A DNA stretch of 14,218 bases from Octopus sinensis (taxonomy: Eukaryota), in NCBI RefSeq assembly GCF_006345805.1, contig NW_021825851.1:1-14218 (forward strand), given 5' to 3'. A model generated the notes under the pieces. The model was not told the origin of the DNA. It saw only the letters and a list, made by a program, of their open reading frames with translations, and did no database searches. Positions 1 through 8,319 of the stretch are shown piece by piece (positions within the stretch are counted from its first letter, which is position 1; every line of letters begins with the position of its first letter). The position numbers and the translations under genes are program-made.

Positions 1-124
1 AAAGGGAAACTTTCACCGGAGGGGAAAATCGAATGGGTGTGCACCCAGCTGGAACAAAATAACCCGAGGCATTTTATCTGATGCTCTACAACCTCTGTTG
101 AATCACCACTTATTTATCAATCTT

Positions 125-188
125 TTCTTATATACATACACAATCACATATATACTTATATTACATGCATTAAACATATATATATACA

Positions 189-237
<49 letters not shown>

Positions 238-407
238 TATGTATATATATATAATTATATATATATAATATATATGTATGTATATATATATATATTTGTT
301 GTGTCGTCTTCTAGGAGATACGTTCTTGTCCATGTTGTATTTTCTACATACCTTAATATATATATAATATATATATACATATATATGTATATATATTATA
401 TATATAG

Positions 408-466
<59 letters not shown>

Positions 467-1140
467 CATATGTATGTATATACATACATAAATATATATA
501 AATATATATATATATTATATATATACTTATATATCACACACACGCATATATACAATATATACATAGATACACAACGCACATATATAACTTATATATAAAT
601 ATATGTATGTGTGTGGGTGGGTGTATGTATCTATATATATATGTATGCATATGTACATCTATATATAAATATATATGCATTCATATATATATATATATTT
701 ATATGTACATATGTATATGAATATATATGTGTGCGCGTGTGTGTGTATGTATATGTATATGTACATGTGTGTATGCGTATATATATATATGTGTGTTTGT
801 GTGGGTGTGTAATACAAAAACAAATAAGGTTTTCGAACGTTCACTGTGAGAGAAATCACACTGCTTTAATTGAATTTAATTGTGTTCGTGCGTGTGTGGT
901 GTGTGTCTGTATTTGTGTGTACGTATGTATGTATGCATGTATGTATACATATGTAGGTATGCATATACATTTATATTAATATATTTTAGTGTGTGGTTGT
1001 GTGCGTGTGTAATGGGTGTGGATGTGTTTGTATATTATTGTCTATTATTATACATGCATACAAATATAAAGATTGAGTAGAGAGAAGAGAGTCACAGATT
1101 GATGGATAGATAGATAGATAGATATATATTTACATACATT

Positions 1141-1194
<54 letters not shown>

Positions 1195-1351
1195 TAAATA
1201 TATATAATAATATATATATATGTATGTATAGATTATATATATATATATTTATATATGTATATATATATGTATATATATATTTATATATGTATATATACAT
1301 ACATACATACATACATACATACATACATACATACATACATACATACATACA
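125..1351. repeat. Compound microsatellite block: (TA)n, (TG)n, (TACA)n, (GATA)n, (AG)n within Tbx20 intron 1
   Basis: Directly visible; includes 14 perfect TACA units at 1296-1351 and GATA repeats near 1100-1124. Confidence 0.97.
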
Positions 1352-1401
1352 TTGGTTATAACCCCCATCGTCAGAAATTAAAAAGTCCTATAAAATCCAT
1401 C

Positions 1402-1407
1402 ACTTAC
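1402..1407 (-). promoter_or_regulatory. 5' splice donor of intron 1 (G|GTAAGT, phase 1)
   Basis: Minus strand reads CCA CTG G|GTAAGTG, a perfect U1 consensus, immediately before the microsatellite-dominated region. Confidence 0.85.
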
Positions 1408-1930
1408 CCAGTGGTGATATAACTGAATCCTTCTCTGTTGGAATGTTTTCATTGCTTGACCAGTGTCCATATATTTGGTGTGACCTTGTGTCATGAATAA
1501 TTTCTCGTGTCGCTCCGATTATGTGATCGCCGTCTACGTCATCAGCGTTTTGCTGGTCAGTTAACGGTGTTGTTAGCCAAGGTGTCGTGCAGAGACTTCG
1601 GTTATTGTTGTCCTTGGAGGTGTTCCGTGACCGTGACTTGGTGTCATCGTCACTCAAGCCCATAAGAGCAGCGATGGAGAAGGAGGAGGCATTGGTCGAT
1701 AGCTGAGGTTTCGAGGGCTGATCCGGCGCCGGTTGACCCAAATTTGGTGGTGACGTGGGCGAAGGTGGTGGCGGTGATGATGATGATAATGACAAAGGTG
1801 TCGGCGGTGTCGATGATGGCGATGATGATGATGGTGATGACGACGACGACGATGAAGATGATGACGATGACGACGATGACGATGAGGATGATGACGATGA
1901 CGGCGACGACGATGATGGCAATGGAGCCAT
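1408..1930 (-). CDS. Tbx20: First coding exon of a Tbx20 (H15/midline subfamily) T-box transcription factor; N-terminal region only, T-box domain lies outside the window
   Basis: ATG at 1930-1928 in strong context (cctcaatATGG: A at -3, G at +4), with an in-frame TGA upstream at 2002-2000. Translation contains [20 protein letters not shown], matching human TBX20 SPKPQLSSRANAFSIAALMS as I recall it. The frame ends at a GTAAGT donor after ...VISPL+G (523 nt = 174 codons + 1 nt). The ORF-track stop at 1400 is intronic read-through. Confidence 0.88.
1661..1711 (-). other. KPQLS...FSIAALM motif including the eh1 (engrailed homology 1, Groucho/TLE-binding) motif FSIAALM at 1681-1661
   Basis: Codon-by-codon translation of 1711-1661 gives [17 protein letters not shown]. 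The FSIxxL/I pattern is the eh1 consensus, and the KPQLS prefix is characteristic of Tbx20-type proteins. Confidence 0.9.
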
Positions 1931-2009
1931 ATTGAGGCGGAGGTGGTTTGGTAAGATAGAACTGGTAGTGGTAACGTCGGTTTCCGGAAGAGATTCTGTT
2001 CACAATGGT

Positions 2010-2880
2010 TCCAATTATGTTATTGTTGATCTTCTATTCGTTATTGTTGTTGTTACTGTTGCTAGTGTTGTTACTGGCTTTGTTATTGTTGCTGCTGATG
2101 CTGATGCTGCTGCTGCTGTTGTTGGCGTCACATTTCTTCGTTGCGTTGGCGATTGCAATGTTGATGTTTGTGGCGACGTTGAGTGTCTTGTTTAAGAAAT
2201 TGGGTTTTCACTTTGATGACCGTTTCAGGAACTAGTTCAACTGTTGGTGGTGATGGCCATGTCAATATTGGTTATGATAATGAGTGTGATGAGAACAGCA
2301 ATGTTAATAATAATAATGACAGACGAGAGGTTACTGGTAGATTAACCGGGTGGGGACAACAATGCTTCAAGTGATAGCTTTAGAGGGTAACCTTAGAGTA
2401 AAGATATCAATTACGATGATGCTGATAGCATTGGTAATGAAGATAGACAATAATATGATAATGTCTATCCAGAGCCTAAAAACGACGAAGAATGAATTAA
2501 AGCTGTTAGCAAACAGGAGTCTCTGCGATTTGAACCACGCACCGCCTTATTGCGAACTTTGTTGTTTAGTCTTCTAACTGTGTCACATTCATTACAATAG
2601 CTGCTGTTGGTGAAGATGCTGCCGCCGTCGTTTCGGCTGCTGCATCTGATGCGGCTGCTGATGATATTTTTGTAGATATCCTTGATATTCTTGATAGTAT
2701 TATTCTTATCTTTATCATCGTAATCATCACTGTTGTTGTTGTTGATGTTGATGTTGTTGTTGTATCCGTCGTCTTCGTCGTCGTCGTCGTAGTCGCTACT
2801 TGTTATTGTTGTTGTTGTTGTTGTTTCGAGTTATTTCCGATCTTGTCTGTTGCTAACGCCGTCGCTGTTGCTAATGACGC
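2010..2880. repeat. Low-complexity trinucleotide region (GTT/GCT/GAT/GTC on +), putative 5' leader or proximal upstream region of Tbx20
   Basis: Visible GTT, GCT and GAT runs; frames on both strands are interrupted by stops or are homopolymer-like. Confidence 0.8.
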
Positions 2881-2939
2881 TCTATCTTTCTACGGCTGAC
2901 TTTGGTCGTGTGCTTTCGCTGGTTGCTCTCTTGCAGTGA

Positions 2940-3183
2940 TCGGCATAGTCATTGCTGCTGTCATCGTAGTGATGGCGGTCGTCGTCGTCGTCGTCATCGT
3001 CGTCATCGTCTCCGTCATCTCCGTCGTCAACATCGTCAACATCGTCAACATCGTGGCCATAGTGTTCATCATCGTCATCATCATCATCATCATCATCATA
3101 AAAATAATAATAATCATTATCATCGTCATAATCATCGTCGTTGTCGTTATCATCACTCATTTTAATATGAACACCACCACCAC

Positions 3184-3227
<44 letters not shown>

Positions 3228-3269
3228 CCATCACCATCATCATCATCATCATCATCATCATCACCACCA

Positions 3270-3300
<31 letters not shown>

Positions 3301-3335
3301 CAACAACAACATCGTCATCGTCATCATCGTCGTCT
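2940..3335. repeat. (CAT)n/(CGT)n/(CAC)n trinucleotide tract
   Basis: Long ATC/GTC runs, e.g. 3186-3300. Confidence 0.95.
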
Positions 3336-3434
3336 ACTTCATTTCCATGGGTGACATTATTAATGTTGCATTGATGTTATGTCTAATCATGTTATCATGT
3401 TATGTCTAATCACGCAGAATTCCATCCAGCTCAT

Positions 3435-3590
3435 TATGTCCCGAGTTCAAATTCCGTTAAGATCAACTTTGCCTTTCGTCCTTCCAGTATCTGTATCTAT
3501 AAGTTACAGGTACCTGCAAAGTATTGGGAAGTAAAACCTTCCCCCTATTTTCTTGCCTTGGACCTTTATTTTAGAAACAATTATTATTTA
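3435..3590 (+). mobile_element. Degenerate tRNA-type SINE, family A
   Basis: GAGTTCAAATTCC B-box followed by actttgcctttcgtcctt and a ...tagaaacaattattatt tail, shared with other copies in the window. Confidence 0.65.
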
Positions 3591-3741
3591 TCTTTTTCTG
3601 TCTTTAAACAAAAAGATGATCATAATTCTGTTTTATTTGATAAGAACTTTTCAGGATTCAATCGCGTCCTTGCTACCTCCCCGATATCAGGCGACCTTTT
3701 GGCCAATGGAAAAAATTATTATCATCATTCTCGTCTGAACA

Positions 3742-4125
3742 GGCAGAATCGTTAGCGCGCCGGACGAAATGCTTAGCGGTATTTCGTCTGCTGCTACGTT
3801 CTGAGTTCAAATAACGCCGAGGTAGACTTTGCCTTTCATCCTTTCGGGGTCGATTAAATAAGTACTAGTTACGCACTGGGGTCGATGTAATCGACTTAAT
3901 CCGTGTGTCTGTCCTTGTTTGTCTCCTCTCTGTTTAACCCATTGTGGGTAGTAAAGAAATAAGTATGTCGCCCGTCTCTTCGTTCTGCGTTCAAATTCCG
4001 CCGAGGTTGATTTTACTTTTCGTCGTTTCGGGGTCGATAAAATAAGCACCAGTTAAACACTGGCCTCAATGTAATCGCCTCATCCCCTCCCCAAAAATTG
4101 CTACCCTTGTGGCAAAATTTCAAAG
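3742..4125 (+). mobile_element. Dimeric SINE family A: full-head monomer 3742-3960 followed by a headless monomer 3961-4125
   Basis: A-box-like GGCAGAATCG at 3742, B-box GAGTTCAAAT at 3803, body gactttgcctttcatcctttcggggtcga. The body repeats at about 3982-4080, with a different tail on each monomer. Confidence 0.88.
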
Positions 4126-4129
4126 ATGT

Positions 4130-4445
4130 TGTATGATATTGTTGTTGGTGGTGTAGTTGATTTCGTTGCTGTCAATATATTTGTTGTCATCGCCCCGTTC
4201 ATAACTTTTATTGTTGTTGCTATTGCTGTTGTTCTTGTTGCTGTTGCTGTTGTTGTTATCGTTGTTGTTGTTGTTGCTGTTGTTGTTGTGGTGGTCGTCG
4301 TCGTCTTCGTGGTTAATTCTATTCACAAATTTTCTGTTGTTACATCTATTTCGTTGACGTCGTTGTTTATGATGATGATGATGATGATGGTGATGATGTT
4401 GATGACGATGATGATGAGGAGGAGGAGAGGAAGAGGAAGAAATGC
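4130..4445. repeat. (GTT)n, (GAT)n and (GAG/GGA)n low-complexity tract
   Basis: Directly visible. Confidence 0.9.
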
Positions 4446-4728
4446 TGATATTATTGTTGTAGCTGTTTTTGCTTGTTTTCTCTATTATGTCTTACCCAAA
4501 CTCCCCAATGGCTATAATAGATCAAGTGCAATGGTAATAAGCGTTTCAGTCGTGACCATCACATATTTTACTTTCCATGCATGATCCAAAGCGTCCAACT
4601 GTTTCAGAAATTATCAAGACGTAATTTCAAGTACCTTCATTCAATCAGTGCTGCATATGCAGGTTTGTACTGCGACTTTCAAAGCACGGCTCAAAACACC
4701 AGTTACGGGTTTTACCTAAATCTGACCT

Positions 4729-4917
4729 ATACTCTTATACTTGTTTCAGTCATGCTGGAGCACCGCCTTTAGTCGAGCAAATCGACACCAGGACTTATTC
4801 CTTGTTAGCCTAGTACTTATTCTATCGGTTTCTTTAGCCGAATCGCTAAGTTACGGGGACGTAAACACACCTGCATCGGTTGTCAAGCGATGTTTGGGGG
4901 GGGGGGGACAAACGCAG

Positions 4918-4948
<31 letters not shown>

Positions 4949-5085
4949 CATATACACATACATATAGTTTTCGTCTACCCGAGGCTATATTAGAAGACAC
5001 TTGCCCAAGGTGCCACGCAGTGGGACTGAACCCGGAACCATGTGGCTGGTAAGCAAGCTACTTACCACACAGCCACTCCTGCGCC
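4729..5085 (-). mobile_element. tRNA-derived SINE, family B (resembles octopus OR-type CORE SINEs, from recollection) with an internal (TA)/(TG) microsatellite
   Basis: Minus strand: A-box TGGCTGTGTGGT (5075-5064), B-box GGTTCAGTCCC (5032-5022), CORE-like ccttgggcaagtgtcttct, microsatellite 4917-4965, and a 3' body ending gactgaaacaagtataagag. Confidence 0.85.
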
Positions 5086-5429
5086 TATATATATATATTT
5101 ACAAATCAATGAAGGAATCAACACCAGATATTCTTTAAACACATTAACATGCAGATTGTTATCTTTTTAACAATGGATGTTGTGTAGCCAATATTATAAG
5201 ACCCAAATAGCGACCATATTTTTTTGTGAACTATGACACGTCAGCATCTATTGTATGTATGTCGTTTTGTCAATGGTAAGCCCTGATCAAAGAGACCTAA
5301 GTAGAAAGGGCTACAGTCTAAACATTCCATTTTTACTTTTTACCTAATATTCTTTATCGAGGACAACATTGAGCAGTGTGTCTTTTTGGAGGTACTTTCT
5401 GGGGTTTTTTTATATTATTATTATTTGCT

Positions 5430-5752
5430 GATTCTGGAGTAAAATTCGGGGCCCATGATATCTGCAGGACTCTCTCCGAGACCGTTGATGTTCCATTTGA
5501 ATTTTTGCAGCTCAACATTTGCTGGAAACATACGTACAGATAGGAATTTCCAGAGGGCCAATGTTCGGGAAAAGAACGAAAAGAGGGGTACTTAGCACGG
5601 GTGTTGATGCAACAAGGTTGATGATAACTGGAGAAATGAATGGGCCAAGGGTGCTGAGTGGTAGAAGTACCCGGAAAGCCAACTCCAAGGAAAAGTGGCA
5701 ATTACTGAGGAAACAGCAAAACTATGAACAAAAGCTGGAGTGTGTCCGCTAG
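5430..5752 (+). mobile_element. Possible decayed RTE-type LINE ORF 3' end
   Basis: Frameshifted translation gives GVKFGA..FEFLQLNICWK and MFGK..RLMITGEMNGPRV.SGRS..KEKWQ, loosely resembling RTE C-terminal motifs (YGxEsWT..FEM..RISW; FGH..LIxxGxxxGxRxRGRP..W). By-eye similarity only. Confidence 0.35.
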
Positions 5753-5889
5753 ATTTTTTAACATGATACAATAATATTTTAAGGATATTTCGCTATTATA
5801 TTTAGCAGATCGATTTAAGGCTCCGTGTTCAGATTGCTATGGTTACTCTTTGTTTTCGCGTTGTCGTTTTTGTTCTTGAAAATATTTGT

Positions 5890-6080
5890 TTCTAATTAAG
5901 GCACAACGCCATCGATTTAGAAGGATGGAATTTCGATGGTGCCATCGAACCCAGTGATTGATTGGTACTTTATTTTATTGACTCCAAACAGATGAAAGAC
6001 AAAGTTGACTACAAAGCGTAAAGGACCGGAAGAAGTATCCTAAAGCATTTTGTTCGGCGCACAAAGAATTCTCTCAGCTA
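5890..6080 (-). mobile_element. Degenerate SINE family A copy
   Basis: Reverse complement contains gtcaactttgtctttcatc, aataaaataaagtacca, cactgggttcgat and a gttgtgccttaattagaaac tail. Confidence 0.7.
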
Positions 6081-6169
6081 ACCCTACTTCTTAATATTGA
6101 TATTGGGATTAGATGGTTGTTGTTTTTCCTGTTGTCGTTTTGTTGTTTAGGACGCTTTTGTCCTTCTTT

Positions 6170-6360
6170 TTGTTATCATTTAACGGTTTAAGATCTGAAT
6201 GTTTAGTTTGATGTTCCAAGGCATTCAAACCATGTCCATCCCTATGATATTTTTAGATGGAGTGTCCAGGATAACATTATCTGCCGTGTCCTGCTTTGTT
6301 TTAAAGATGACAGAGTATGATTTTGAGAGAGAGTTTGCTACAATTTCAAGCAATATAAGA
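6170..6360 (-). mobile_element. Family D repeat with a (CAA)n-type tail on the minus strand (SINE or LINE 3' end)
   Basis: Shares aaggcattc.a.ccatg.ccatc (6218-6240) and gattt.gag.gag.ttt..t...atttc.agca (6320-6352) with the copies at 8320, 8590 and 8915; preceded on + by a GTT run. Confidence 0.6.
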
Positions 6361-6945
6361 AACCCCTTAGACATTCCAGTTGTTCTTTAACTCCAATATC
6401 AATCCTCTGATTCATCATACCTCGTATCATAAGCAATCCAAATATAACCATCCATTCATCCATATATCTCTGCGCTGTTTTCCGACGAGAGTCAAGAGGT
6501 AGAACCCCCAGGCACTCTAACCGTAGGTCTTATTAGAAGAACTGTCATTAAACTTTCCTGCTGGATCCCTAAGCGCAATCATCTGAGAATATGAATGTTA
6601 CCCAACAATCTCGTTTGTAGTCTAACCCTAGGTTCTCTCTCCGTTGGATTGGCTTGAAGAATCTGTCACGCGGTCCTGTACTGCAGCATTCTAATTTTGT
6701 ATGCATCCGCAGTACCGGAGCAGCAATTTGCTATAGCTATAGTCATTCAATCGTATTTTGAGGCGGTGTGCCTAGGTGTAGTCTAAATTAACTTTATGGT
6801 TAAATATAGTACACTGGGGTTTTGAAGGGATTTTAGCAGTTATTTCTAGCAATTATAATGACTACATGGTCCGTTTTTCAGGTTGCAATTATTATCGATA
6901 TTAAAACCGTTGTTGTAAATCGTTAATCTTACAGTTGTGAAGTTG

Positions 6946-7120
6946 CAGCATTTCGTCTGTCTTTACGTTCTGAGTTCAAATTTCTACGAGGTTGACTTTG
7001 CTTTTCATCCTTTCGGGGCCAATAAAATAAGTACCAGTTGAGCACAGAGGCCGATGTAATAGACTTACAACCCCACCCCCAAAAAAGCTGCTAACCTTGT
7101 GCCAAATTTCAAACTACAAT
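6946..7120 (+). mobile_element. SINE family A, 5'-truncated
   Basis: catttcgtctgtctttacgttctgagttcaaat...gactttgcttttcatcctttcgggg...aagtaccagtt...ccttgtgccaaattt. Confidence 0.85.
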
Positions 7121-7146
7121 TATAGTTGTGGTGAAAGGCTGTGATA

Positions 7147-7350
7147 TGGTAGAATCGTTTGCATGCCGGATAAAATGCTTAGCGACATTTCGTTCGTCTT
7201 CACGTTCTAAGATCAAATGCCACCGAGGTCGATTTTGCCTTCATTTTTTCGGCGTCGATGAAATAAGTACCACTCGAGTCCCTGGAATGATGTAATCGAC
7301 TAGCCCGCTTCCAGAAAATGTCAGGCCTTGAGACTATAGCGAAAAGGACT
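7147..7350 (+). mobile_element. SINE family A
   Basis: tggtagaatcgtt head, cgaggtcgattttgcctt body, caggccttgagactatagcgaaaagg tail. Confidence 0.8.
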
Positions 7351-7411
7351 ATTACAGTTATATTCTCATTTCTACTGTTATTACCGCTGCCTTCGTGTTT
7401 AGAATGGTGTG

Positions 7412-7618
7412 TTGGCAGAATCATCATTAGAGCGTCGTAATAAATACGTTGCGGTATTTTTCGGTTCTTTGCCTTTTGTGTTCAAATTGCGCCGATGTTA
7501 ACTTTGTCTTTGAACCACTGAGGCGGTTCCGAGGAAGAAATTTAGTTGTCCTAATCGACTGAGCACCCCCACTCCAAATTTCAGAGTTTGTACTTGTGTT
7601 AGAAACAATTATTATTCT
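7412..7618 (+). mobile_element. SINE family A, degenerate
   Basis: tggcagaatc head, gttcaaattgcgccgatgttaactttgtcttt, taatcgact, ttagaaacaattattatt tail. Confidence 0.65.
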
Positions 7619-7624
7619 TCATAA

Positions 7625-7740
7625 AGGTGGCCAACTGACCGAGTATAAGAGAATCGGATATATGGCTTTTCATTATACGTTCCGGTTCTTCTTGATCTGA
7701 CCTCAGATGCCACCGAGGTCGTCTGTACCTTTCATTATTA
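7625..7740 (+). mobile_element. SINE family A fragment, highly degenerate
   Basis: agatgccaccgaggtcgtctgtacctttcatt matches the family A body. Confidence 0.45.
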
Positions 7741-7758
7741 CCAGTGCAGCAAGGAATT

Positions 7759-7925
7759 GAGCTGGCAGGATCGTTAGCACGCAGGGCAAAATGTTTAGCG
7801 GCATTTCGTCCGAGGTCGACTTTGCCTTTGATCCTTTCGGGGTCGATAAAATGAGAACTGGGGTCGATATAATCGACTTCTCCCGTTCCCGAAGTTGCTG
7901 GCCTTAAGACAAAATTAGAAACCAA
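7759..7925 (+). mobile_element. SINE family A with an internal deletion removing the B-box
   Basis: gagctggcaggatcgttagcacgc head; catttcgtc joins directly to cgaggtcgactttgcc; gctggccttaagacaaaattagaaacc tail. Confidence 0.85.
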
Positions 7926-7969
7926 TGCAGTATTAAGGCTAGTTCTTTTTAAGGTTGGTTGAATGGTCA

Positions 7970-8070
7970 CAGCGATAAAACAAGCGACTAGTTAAGTACT
8001 GGGATGATTTAATGGACTCAATGCTTTTCCCAAATTTCTGGCCTTGTGCCTGTATTAGAAGCACTCGCCA
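7970..8070 (+). mobile_element. SINE family A 3' fragment
   Basis: gataaaacaagcgactagttaagtactgggatga...aaatttctggccttgtgcctgtattagaa. Confidence 0.6.
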
Positions 8071-8319
8071 AAGTTAGAGTATGTTGCAACGTAAATTATC
8101 GTTGCTATTACAACTTTTGTTAACGGTTATGGAAAGGGTTTAGTAAGCTATTATTATTGAAATTGTTGTGTCGAATATGGTGAACCATATTGTAATTATT
8201 CCTGTTATTGATATAGTTATAGAATCTACATCTTTAGTGATTGTTTTTATCGCACAATACATCTGTTATGGCAATTGTTGTTGTCGTAATTATTTTTTTT
8301 CTTTTCTTTTCATTTGATA

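Noticed and set aside
1-125. Possible second Tbx20 exon
   Set aside because: Minus-strand translations show no T-box or Tbx20-like sequence.
103-1348. ORFs rich in I/Y/V/C/M on both strands
   Set aside because: Translations of (TA)n/(TG)n/(TACA)n microsatellites, which lack stops in some frames.
1650-2235. Overlapping ORFs (poly-D 1755-2195, poly-I/V 1650-2003, poly-M, poly-L)
   Set aside because: Alternative-frame and antisense shadows of the Ser tract and adjacent repeats; only the 1930-1408 frame carries a recognisable motif and a splice donor.
2890-3409. Poly-H, poly-I and poly-M ORFs suggesting membrane or metal-binding proteins
   Set aside because: Pure (CAT)n repeat translations.
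3742-3830. tRNA gene
   Set aside because: A- and B-box-like motifs are present, but no cloverleaf; the sequence continues into a repeated SINE body. The same applies to 5085-5020.
6946-8070. CRISPR-like or regularly spaced repeat array
   Set aside because: Units are 100-260 bp, irregular and divergent SINE copies in a eukaryotic context, with no cas genes.
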